This document shows positions 40,778 to 53,000 of a stretch of DNA of 64,000 nt, one piece after another. This stretch comes from Yuukianura sp. NJ FZ-2021 (lineage: Eukaryota). Numbering within the stretch: position 1 is the first letter of the stretch; each line of letters starts with the position of its first letter. The position numbers and the translations under genes were made by a program. The notes below the pieces were generated by a model. It did no database searches and was not told the origin of the DNA. It was given only the letters and a program-made list of their open reading frames with translations. The stretch is taken from the NCBI GenBank assembly GCA_046563655.1, contig CM102283.1:2728001-2792000 (forward strand), written 5' to 3'.

Positions 40778-41699
40778 AAAATCCCGCTCAACAACTAAAA
40801 TGTGGACTTCTTTTAACTAATTCACAGTGAATTATTCACTTGTTTACTACTAACTACTTACTTCCCGTCCCTGTGCCAATCACAGTGACATCAGTACGGT
40901 CATGTCACCCGTACTGACATCAACACGTCATGTGACGTGTCAACGTTACAAACTAAAACTAATGAAATTCAACGTTGTTAAGATTTTCCGGCCATTTTAC
41001 GAGCGGTAACAGTTTTTAGTGAGTTAAAAAGCGGTGAAGTTACAATCAAATTTCACTTTACCGCATACCGCTTATCTCGCGATTTCAATTAATTTACTAC
41101 ACAAAAAATTGTTATTTCAACTGGGTGTGATTAAAATTGCCCAAAAGTAAGGTGATTTAATTATTTATTAAGTAACGTTAAGTATAAGCTGTTGTTTTTT
41201 TTAAGTCGAATACGCCTTATGAACATTATCAACAGAATGTCGGGTTGATCGTTCATGAAACGTTTTTAAAAATAAAATTCGCTGTTCTTTTTTTGAATCT
41301 TGGCGGGCTTTCCTCTTTGGCATTCCATACTTTACATAAATACGTACGCAATATAGCACATGAAACAGACGAGAGAAGTAGTGGCTGATTTTTTGTTATG
41401 CTTTTTGTATGATGTGTTTCAATTACAGTTAAATTCCAACTGGTTTAGTCTTTAGTGTTTATCTGGAGCTGGAGGAAGACGGTATTACGGCTTAGAACTC
41501 TCAAGGACGACGACGTGACGTTAGTAGTATTTACACGTACACCTTTGCATTCGGTGTGATTATAATTGAATTAGTAGTTTACCCGATATTAATTGATTTA
41601 TGATTTGGTTTACTCTGAATTGATTAGTTGTTACTTTGATTTTCATTACAGTGGGCTGGTCAAAGCTATACCGATTAGTGAACTTCACTTGGAGTTGGA

Positions 41700-44600
41700 A
41701 TGGCTGCTCGTGGAGGTGGTGCCGGGAGAGGTCAAGGTTCGGGGAAGCCAGCGACAGTAGCCCCTCAACGGGTAAAAACTAACGTTTTGAGAGAACCATA
41801 AAACGAAAGTTGATTACAGATTTTACAGTGCCTTTGTAGTTATAAACATTGTAAAGCGGGTTACCGATGAAAAACTGTTGTTTCTAGGGATCTTTACCGG
41901 CGGGATACAGTGACTCTGATAATTCCGATGACGACAATTACTTTAGCCCTACTCTACCAGAACGACGTCCAATCCCGCTGAAAGTACTACCAACCCAGCA
42001 GATACCGAGTGTTGGTGCGAGTAGTACTAGCAGCAGGACTACCACTTATGATGATGATGACTGGTTCGTTCCAGTTCCAGCTTCAATTCCATCATCTGCG
42101 AGAGGCAGTAGTTCAATAATGAGTAGAGCAAGCGCTGCTGGAACTGGAGGAGGAGCTGCCAAGCTATCTGAGCAGCCTTGGCCAGAACCTGCTCCTACAG
42201 GATCCACTTTGAAGACAAACTTCAGCAACGCTGGAGGTATAACTCCTAAAGTGCGCGAGCCGTTACCAATGATTCCCAATATCAACCGACAACGTTGTAT
42301 TGCTGCAACCAGATCAATCAATGCAGTGTGGAGCAACGGTAGGAGTAAGTGCGCAGTTAGAATACTTAAAACTTTTTAGCAACATTTGAAATGTTATTAA
42401 ACTTGTTATTTACTTAACATAGGTGAACAAGGAGTTGACATCTACGCTTCTGGAATCGCTAAAACACTTCGGACGGAGTTCAAAGATGCCAGGAATCCAT
42501 ATGCAACTGCTCTTAACCTTATGCTCTACACCATTGATTTCTTCAAACCAAGCTACAAGGGTAGTTTGTCATTGGAAGGTAAGATTCAAACTTCGTTGAA
42601 TCTAATAGTTTATCCGCATAGGAATTTGATTTGTCAATTTTTATCGATTTTTTGGTTTAGTGATGAAGGAATTCAAAAAGTGGCTGTTGGATTCCGGTGG
42701 CTTGAGTAGCTATGAACGGCAGTTTTTGGATCTGGAGCTTCAGAAAACAGCTTTCTCTGTTGCTATGAAACAACCAAGTTCAGCTGTCATCAAGCTTGTC
42801 TTTGAGCTCTACTGCCTCAAGTCCATCGCTTCAACATTTGTTGAACCAATCAACAAATTTTGTGAAACAGGAGCTTACAAAGAGGTAATATTTACATTAA
42901 TCAACTAATCGTAAGTTAGAAAAGTAGAGTTACGGCACTAATCGCTCTTCTTATTACTTACATTGCCTAGGCTTGTCTGGCAGCTACGTATCTTGGACTT
43001 TTTACTGAATTTGATGTACACAAGTTCGTTATTCCGCTGATTCTGCAAAACCGGGAGCAAATTGCTTTGGATTACCTCGTTGGTTCTGTGGACAACCAAG
43101 ATGCCATGGTTAAGTTCTTTGACGACATTCTAGGAGACCCGACTCCTGTAAATGCTATGAGGAACTACGTTTTGTAAGTTTGCAACGTTAACAAAGCTTT
43201 TTAGTTAACGTTTACAGAAATTTGCAACGTTTGTAAACGCGTAACGTTAATGTTTAGCTTTGTAGTTTTAGTTGAAAAGTGAACCATCCTGGTTACTAAC
43301 TACTTGGGTTTGTTTTTAGTGCTAAGAATATTGACAACGTGATGTTCACCAAGTTAGAAGTGAAGGCCATGGGCAAGCAGCTGGAACGATTGAGAAGTAA
43401 GTTGGGCATTGACCAAACTACTTGCCCAAATAACAGCAGACGTAAGAAGGGAGCAGCACTGCGACACCTCATGTACCGCAAGTACATGTTGAAGGACGAC
43501 ACGATGTGTAAGAATTTCAAACATGTTTAAGTCCAGAACTTTTTAAAAACTAGTAAGAATCTTACAAGTTTTCAAAATTTTGAATTTGAACTTTTAGCGG
43601 AAATGGGCTTTGAAGAACTGTTGGACGACCTTGTGGCAAAAGACGAAGGATTAATTGAAGAAGCTTTGGCCCAATTCCGAGAGTATGTTGACAGCACCGC
43701 AGCGGCTAAATTTGCCATCCGAAATGCCGTTCCACTACACAAAATTACTTTCGACGTCCAAGTACGAATGAACGAGCTGAATCCGAATGTTGTCGTGCTG
43801 CCAGAGAAGGGAACTGTCCAACAGTGGGAACAAGACTGGGACTTGGCACCAGTCGCTCAGGCCAAAACGCGACTATTTGGAGGTAATTTAGAAGCATCTT
43901 TAGGAAATTGCTGACCTTAACCTGAACGTTGACGTTTTGCTTTAGTTGGACAGCAGAAAAGCGAAAGGTCACTGACCCCGAGTCTCCAAAATTGTCCAAA
44001 ACCTGGAATTTTTCCTCCTGCACATGAAAAAGACAAGAGTGTACGCTTCTCTCCGAGTGCTCATCGTTCCAGGTCACGGTCAAGGTCACCCTTGCGTGAA
44101 CTTGTGTCTCTCCGCTCTTCGCTGATGGACTCAACCGATGATTCGGCCAATGTGTACAAATGTCCTATTCAAAGTACCAAAATTCATGTGCTGTATACTC
44201 CTGAAATGATTAGTGATTTCATTGAAGAGTTGGAAGAGGCTCAGAAAGCTCAAGCTGACCAGCCTTTCCCGTTTGTCGTCGTTGGTTTTGATTCGGAGTG
44301 GAAACCGATGCTTGGAACATTTGGAGTCTCGTTGATGCAAATTGCTCTACCCACCAAGATTTACTTGATTGACACCTTCGAACTGAAGCAGACCGAACCA
44401 AATTCTGAGTGCTGGACGCTTTTACTGGAGAGATTTTTTGAAAATGAGGTGAGTTTTTCTTGTATTTTCAATTTTTTGAATTATCATTTTTGATAAATTC
44501 GAAATTTTATGTTTCAGAAAATTTTGAAGCTGGGAGTTGCTATTATGAAGAACGACGTACCGATGTTGGCCAAAACAACACCAGTATGGGCCAACATGAT

Positions 44601-46228
44601 CAAAGCATTCAAGGGCGTGGTTGACCTGTCACAGTTGGCAACCGATCTGGGCAGAGCCAATTCACAAATATTCCAGAACTTTGTGCCCGGTACGTAACTA
44701 AAAATATTTTTTTTGAAAAACTTGAATTTTTCGAAAGCAGTTTTGTTGTTATGTAGCAAAAGCGCCACAGGGATTATCGCTGAGTGACCTTGTTCTGGCT
44801 TTCACTGGCTTACGAATGAAGAAAGACGAGCAATTTTCCAACTGGGAGAAGCGACCACTCCGAGAGGCTCAAATTCTGTATGCTGCGGCTGATGCCTATT
44901 GTCAGCTAGACGTGTTCAACGTTATGCAAAGTCGAGCAGAACGAGCTGGACTCAACTTCTTGACGACAGTGTTGAGAGTAGTAGAGAAGTGGGAGGGACA
45001 AGTTGACAAAACTTTGAAAAAAATGGCGCCAAATAATTCTCTTCGAGATTTTATTGCAAATGTGATTCATGGACATTTAAAAATTCCTGTTCCCGTCGAC
45101 TCTCCGTTTCAAATGCCACGCTCACCATCGGACATCAAACTCATTTGTGACAATGTGTTGGCAGGTACGGACTGAGGTTTTCAAAAATGGAACATTTCGA
45201 AAATATGAAGTATTTTGAAAAAAAATTTCCAAGGTTAGTGGTTATAACAATTTTTTGTTGTTGTACATTCAGGAATCGGAAGACTGCTTCGTATTTGTGG
45301 AGTTGATACTGTGGTGTTGGAGAATCAGGAATCTTTTAAGCGCTATATCGACATCGCTGCTGAAGATAATCGCTGCGTCATTACAACTAAAAACACATTT
45401 TCACGCGTTAGTTACTTAGAAATTGGAATTTTGGCTAACTTAATTCTAAACCTTGTGATTTCTTAGACTTTTACTACAAGCTGTACACTTTTACTTTCGT
45501 TTTCAGATTGCACCGTTCCTTCCGGATCGTCATTGCTACGTGGTCAACAACCCGGTTAATCCAGTGGAGAGCCTAAAGGACGTCTTGGGATACTTCAACA
45601 TTGTCGTCACCGATGTGAACATGCACACGCGATGTCAGGTTCGAAATTTTGAAAAATTTAAACCGCTGGAGAGTGACTCATTTTCATTCTCATTTTTTTT
45701 TTGTCAGAGTTGCAACAGTAACGAATTTGTCAAAATCCGATCCGAGCTGCTGAAGGAGCTTTACATGGACAAGTTTCCAGAGGAGTTGCGTGGAAAGCAG
45801 CAGGAGAAGTATAGCGGTTTGATGGAAATTGATGAGGATACGATCGCTGCTAATTCGGCTGTAGGTGCCGATGCTGGTGAAAATAGGCGACGCTGGACGC
45901 TCATTCCAGAAAATACTTTGGTTACTGAGGGGCCCTCGGACGTTCTACGGACCAAACGAGGTGAGAAAAATTCCAGAATTTCCAAACAGGTTTCCACTTA
46001 GGCAGGAATGTTGAATTGAATGCTTAAAATACTGTTTCAGGAGCCGTGGTGGGCGTGAAAGGAATTTCAATGGGTATTGTGAACAAGGTTGAGTATATTT
46101 ACGCCTGCAATGTCTGTGGAAAGTGCTATTGGCCGAACCAGAAAACTCCGAAAGCATCCGATGCTGCTCAACCTGATCCGATTTTCATGGCTGACGACGA
46201 CGACGAACAAGCGGCTGATCTTGAGTGA
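41700..46228 (+). CDS. EXD3: EXD3/Mut-7/Nibbler DEDDy 3'-5' exoribonuclease with Mut7-C domain
   Basis: ExoI GFDSEWKP, LMQIA, ExoII KLG..KND, ExoIII SNWEKRPLREAQILYAAADA. Mut7-C: ICDNVLAGIGRLLRICGVD..TRCQSCNSNEF..CNVCGKCYW. Start MAARGGGAGRG was inferred from an in-phase exon chain. Confidence 0.9.
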
Positions 46229-47077
46229 GCAAAATTGAGAAGTTGACGTAACGTTTCGAAATTTTTCAATATTTTGTACTTGGATGTTTCCTAAGTTTCA
46301 ATTAATTACTGTCGTCACAATTTTCAAAATTAGTCGAGATGTTTTTTTTTTCCAAAATTCAAAAATTGCTTCATTCCACACATGGTTGGTCATTCTGTAT
46401 GGAATGCCGTTTGTTTTGAAATGTTGACTTTCAAATAAACTGTAAACACTCTCGATTTGTTTTTGGAAGTTGTGACCACTTTGAAAAAGTTTTTTAGGAA
46501 AGGAATTTTTGAAGATTTTAATGGGTTTGCCTGCAGCGAGTTTTCAAAATTGGAAGTCTTTGAGAATCGTTTTAAAGCCGAAAGGGTTGAGGGCAGGGAG
46601 AAACTGAAGATTCAATTGTTGCGAGGTGGTGGAATTTAAACCAAAAGTTGAAGCTTCGAAGTTCCTTGGCTTACGAGATGAATTTTTACACAAAGATTTT
46701 CATTTGTGTCTTGGCGTTGGACGTGTCAGGTTGCTTCGAAACGTGAACTTTTTTTGGTCACGAGGAGACAATAGAACGTGAAAGAAAAAAGAGAATCTGA
46801 AAGAACAAAGTTGTAAAACTGGAATATTGAGAGCATCTTCTTTCTTTTACAATCGTTTAAGAACTTTTTTGAACTTGTTTGAGAGTCAAGTGACATGACA
46901 GTTCAAACGGAAGTGAGAGTTTAGTAAAGATTTGACTCAATTAATTGAAAAAATTAACTCTGAAACTGGGTTTTGACAAGCCAAGCCCCTACAACAACAA
47001 CAAGTTGTTGGGAGAAAGTGATTTTTGTTTTGACTTTTAAGTTTTTACAGTTTTTTGAAAAGTTGAAGTGAGTCAAA

Positions 47078-50000
47078 ATGCTGGCAAACAATTGTGAGGA
47101 CGACTTGGACGAAACTTGGGGCTCGGACTTTGACGATGATGTGGAAGAAGATACAAATCCGAAGGTAAGAATACATTTTTCGAAATTTTGTTTTCAGTTT
47201 TTGAAAAACTTTTCTTTTCTGTTTTTTTCTTCTTCTTTTTTTTTTTTGGATGGGGATGATTTTATGTAATTTTGTGTTTTATGAAATTGGAGCAAAATAG
47301 TACGTGCGTTACGAGGTTACTGAAACTAATTTTTGGACAATTAAAGTTTGTTACTGACATTGGAGTGAAAATTGCTCCAACGATGCAATTTGGAGCAAAG
47401 TGAGCAGTGATGCATTTTAGCAATTTTGAAATTTTGCAACTTTTCTTTGTAAAATGAGTTTTTGTCATAAAAAAATTTCTGCACCTCAAGTTCGCTTATG
47501 ACTTTTTTTGCAATTTCGACGATCTCTGACTCTGAGATGAAAAAGTGTAGAAATTGTAAAAGAATGAAAAATTAAGAAAAAAATTGTGAAAGTTTTCACA
47601 AAGTAAAGCAGTTCAAAAGACACGAATGAAATAATTCTTGTTAATCGTCATAAAAAAGAGTTTAGTATTGTGTGATGATAATCTCAGAAATTGTTTTACT
47701 CTATTTATATTTATATATTCTAATATTACATTTAATGAATGTATTATGCTTATACATTTGATGCTCACATTAATTGCATGGCCTAATTGTTACCTTTTGA
47801 AATCAATTGATACTTCCGCAATTGAAAAAAGTTTCAAGTTCATTCTGAATTGTTCCGCCTACGCGGTGCCTGATACAGAAACAAAAAAATTTTTTGAACT
47901 CAAACAAAGGATTGAATTCGTCTTTGCGAATTTTAAGGTATTCGCCAATTTCGTGTGCAAAAATTTCCAAAGGAATTTTGGCGTGGGTGAATTAAAAGGT
48001 CGTGTCACACTCGTTATGGAAATGGCAATGAAGCTTACATTCATTTAATTTTTTAGTGTTTTAATAAGCGTGTCTGTCTAGCGGCCATGTTTTGCAAAAC
48101 AAAACTTTTTCAAAACTCTCACACTCCAAAAAATTGTGTGTTTTTTTCGTAAACTGAAATTTTCGCAAGGCGTGAAATTTCATGTTCGTCAAGCTTCAAT
48201 GTATTTTTTTTTCCAGAGAGGTTAAGTTGCGGTGTTAAAGTTACCAACAACTTCCTGGATTCTAATAAGTTGCAGATTAATTTCAGCACTAGCCGAAGGT
48301 GTTAATTAGATTGAATAAAATTAATTAATTTTCATGCTATCGTATTTTTTGACATTGATTCAAAAACTTCTCACGATTTTATCGGAAAATCACTTTTAAT
48401 TGAAAATACGGAAGAAATTAAACCGTTAGCGAATTTCTGTGTCGGCATTTAGAGTATGTCCACAAATTTTACACAACAAAGAGCACTGAAATGAAACAAA
48501 ACAGTAACAAAATGAAGCAAAACAGCAGTAAAAAACGTTCTTGTCTCCTTTTGAGTACAGTAGCGTTTTGTGCAGAATTTGAAATTTTAGAAACCGTTGC
48601 GTTTTTTTGAAATTGCTCAATATTCCCGCCCCGGGGTTTCTGGTAGCGGTAAAATACAAAGCGGAGCGTTATCAAAGCAGTTCACTTTTAGCATTTTGGC
48701 GAACAATGGAAAGGAACGGTGACATGAATTTTAGTTCTTGTCACGTCGGCATCTTTTTTGCAATTTTTTTGTTCTATGCAATTTTCAATTTTTTTTGCAC
48801 ACTTTAACTCTTATTGTCAATGAAATGATGACTAGAAAACTCGCCGCACAAAAAAAGTGAAGATGTTTCTGTCATTCATCTTTGCGCTAAAAATTTTCGC
48901 AACTAACCGCACTAACCACACATTGTAATTTGCATAGTAATTTGAAATTGGAAATTGCGAATTGCAATTGTAGTTGGGTGTAACGAATACAAAAAGTTTT
49001 GTTGTTGGTAGTGGGAATGGGATTATTAGTTCTTGATTACAAAATTGCACAATTTTAACAATCCGCAAATATGAAATAATAAGCTCGGAAGTGTAATGAC
49101 TTAAGAATTAGCGAATTGCGGAAATGTTGGAAAATTGGCAAAAAAAATATTTGTGCTAAAACAAACGTCACTAACTATGTTGTTGTTTGCCAATTAAATT
49201 CGTACTAACTGGGTTCATTAAATTTCATTCACGTTTTGGTTGCTTTCACTCTTTTTTGCACAAACTTGCAAAAAATTGGCAAAATTAGCAAAAAAAAAAG
49301 TTATCAACATAAAGATGTTCAACATTGCGAAGCAATGGGACTAATTTTTATAAAATTTTTAATTTTTGGTAAACAAAATTATTGTTTTTTCAATAAAGTG
49401 AGGAAACTGTGACATCATGAGGAAATCCTGTAATGTGACGCCAATATTTTATAACGGATACACCATGCCAAAATGAGAAGCGAAATTTGACTTTTTGGCG
49501 GATGTTTTTGAATTTATGGATTGTTACATCGTGTGTGGCGGCGCAAAACTCTAAATTTAATTTAACTAATTGATCACTATTGTTAAGGTGGAGGACTTGT
49601 GGTTCTTAATCTTCTAAGCAATCGGCGTAATAGTGTTCTGTTAAGATGGAAAATTTACGCTAAACGCACACACACACATACTGCTGTGTAACCTTTTCAT
49701 TGTTTTGTAAATAAAAGTCATTGTTACACGGCAGTCAATTGGAGCGTTACAATTTTTGAGACTGTTGCTCCACCAAGATGCAATCCTTTAGACAATTGCA
49801 CCACGTCACAATTTTTCAGACCATCTAACAAGCAAGTTAGATTTTTCAGACTCCTGCACCACTTCGTTATAATCCTCCAGACAGTTGCATACCAAGTCAC
49901 AATTTTTCAGACAACTACGCCACCACGTTAATTTCTTCAGACTAAGGCACAAACAAGTTGAATTTTTTAGACTATTGCACCACTGTAATTAAATTTTTAG

Positions 50001-53000
50001 ACCAATGCACCACCCGCAGCAATTCCATTTCTGCTTTACCAAAAATGATATTTTTGGTTTCGTTAAATATTTTGTAGGAGCAACTAAAGCGTATAATTTT
50101 GAAAGATTAATTAGTTGGTTATATGTTAAGCTAAGTTAAGATTGTTTTGAAACTTTGCTCACTTTGTGTCGAAACGTAATTAATTACATGCAATTTTTTT
50201 TCGATGAACGATGTTCCTTGGTCCATTTTGAGGCTCAGTGATTAACTGATTGTTTGAAGTTAACAATGAGATGGAAGGTTAAATTGAAGTTTTTGGGCAG
50301 GGCACAATGACATTGCTCAACAAGGCAACAATAACAGTTTACAACTCCTGCGTCTGCGTACTTATACTGCAACACCTTAAATGGAAGTTTGATAATTTGA
50401 ATTTAGGCGGCATAAATTTTGGAGTTCGAAACTCAAATTGCCAAGAGAATCCTCGACACTTTTTCTCTAGTCTGTAATTTCAATGCTGTTAAAAAGTTTT
50501 AACTGCGGGTGTGCCCTTGGCTTAAGCCCAGTTCACACATAAACTGCGTTCATAAAATACGAAATTACGTAAATAAACGCATGAAAATGTAGTAAAAATG
50601 TAAGAAACGAAAAGTATGCAAAAACTTACTTAAAATGAATGGTGTGTTAAAAGTATATTATTAAGGTAATTTTTTACAAATTGCGGGAAAATGGAAAAAT
50701 TAACAGATTTCAACACAGGAGTCAATTTTTTTTTTTGCAAAAAAAGAAAAAATAATCTACTGTGTATGTGTTAAAATAGTGAAAAGGCGTTAGTTTCACA
50801 GTTAAAATTTTTCATCTTTTACTAACGTTACTTTTAAGTTTGCAGTTAGACTTATGTTAGCGTCACTTAACTTTAATTAGCATCAACGTTATTGTTTTCA
50901 TTAAAAATCAACACTTCTGTTACAAAGAGTGTTGTACACGGGCTATTAAGTTTTTGTTTCATTCGCGAAACTTTCACTTTGCAAAACCCCACTTTTGCAT
51001 AGAGGTGTAAGGGAGATGCAAATTTTCTCATTCATAAATGACAGCTTGTAACACACCTTTCTTAAGAGTCGTACATTAACAGTTGTGCGTATATGGAAAT
51101 TTGAATTTGTTGCGAAAACATCTCACTCAGAAGCAACAAAAGATTTGTTTTCACTTTTTTTTCTTTGTCATTTTCATGAATGAAGTGAAAAACAAGTTAT
51201 TACGAGATTCGAAACCACAAAAGAATCGCGCGGTTTCAAAAATAAGGGAAGCACATTGCTTACCGTAAATGCTCTAATGCAAGCGCGTATTCTAATATAA
51301 GCGCATACTCTAATGCAAGCGCGGTTTCAGCGGGGGCAAATTGCGATATAAGCGCGGTAGCTAACTTGAGTTTAAAGCAGAGCCTAGAGCAAAGTGACAT
51401 CATCTGTTTAACTTCTATGTTGCTAATTTGACTCAAATCAAAATGTACCACTTAAATACAAGTTTTAAAAATGGTGTAACTAAAATACGATCGTTTGATC
51501 TCAGTTTTAAGTTAAAAGTGGTTCAGTACGCTTCTACTAATACCACGGATGGTAACGCAGCTCACTTCGGAATACACCGAAAACAAGTCTTCAGTTGGCT
51601 GAAGCAAAAGGATAAAATCGGTAAAAATTTAACTAATTTTACCTTTCGACTCGAGAAAACAACTTTCTAAAGAAGCAGACAAAATGGTTTACGATTGGAT
51701 TTTAAATCAGCGCACCAACCAGCAAAGTGTCTCCTTCAAATCTATTCGTGTGAAAGCTAGGGAAGTCTACTCTGCAGTGCTTCAAACAAACGAATTTCAG
51801 GCCAGCTTGGCTACAAAAATTTATGAAGCGCCATGACCTCAGTTTGAGAAAGAAAGCATCGTTGGCTCAAAAAGATCCAAATTCGTTATTTGAGTAGCTT
51901 GTCGAGTTCGTCATGTACACTTCCAACCTCGCTGTTACGAATAAAATTTCCAACCCAAATATTATTGCCATGACTGGAATATTTTTTGACATGCCAAGTA
52001 TTACTACAGTGGGCACATGTCGGGGAGGCTTGAAGAAAGCAACAGTGACACCAGCGACGAATGGGATCACAATTAATTGAATTTTGGTTCACTTAAAACT
52101 TATTAATTATTGCGGTAATAAATAGTGTTCTAATAGAGGCGCGTCCGAAATGTCGAAAATTCTTATAAGCGGCGCGCTTATATTAGAGCATTTACGGTAT
52201 ATAATCTTGCAAATATTAATGAAACAAAAAAAAATTTGCTGTTATTTCGAAAATTCAATTTCTTGGAATTTTAATCTCATTTGTTATGTTCAGTAAGGTT
52301 GACCTTATGTTGACCATTGACCTTTTCAAAAGTTTTATGACTTTCCAAATTGTTGTGCAACAAGTTCTTGAAAGTAAATTAATTAACTAAAATTTAATTT
52401 TTTTTTATGTAATTCGATGTGACAACTCACAACCAGAGATGTAAATTCGCGGTTCGCCGAACTTTAGGGCGCGAAATTTTCGAACCGCGCCCGAACTGCG
52501 CCCGCGCTTTGGGTCGGCGCGGTTCGGTGCGAAGAGAATTTTTCAGGGTGCCAGCGCAGTTCGGGTCGGGTCGACGAGGGTGCAAGCGCGGGTCGGGTCG
52601 GTTCGATGCAATTTTTTGTCAAGCCAAGCGCAGTTCGGGTCGGGTCGAGAGGGTGATGGGCGCGGTTCGAAAGTTCGGCGAACCCATCATATGTTTGTGG
52701 CCGGTTCGGCGAACCCATATCCAGCCTAGATATATAGACATATCCGCAGGGCTGCCTGTTTATATCTATCTTGCATTTGAATTCTCTGTGCTCCCGCCTC
52801 CGTGTTGAAAGACTAAATGATCATTAGAGCTGCCAAAAATATGTGTAAATGAACCAATGAAATAATTTCCATCAAAACTTGATAGAATAAATCTAAATTT
52901 TTTCTGAAATGGTAAATGAACAACAACCTAGGGTGTTGTTCTCCATTTAATAAACTAACTGCGATGCGATATGTTACCGCAATATTTAATACATTAATTG

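Noticed and set aside
47638-48048. 136-aa hydrophobic ORF
   Set aside because: TTG start, AT-rich low-complexity composition, no motif or splice support. Likely intronic noise.
52419-52808. Arg/Gly-rich ORFs here and at 54297-54711
   Set aside because: Translations of the GC-rich subterminal repeats of the hAT element.
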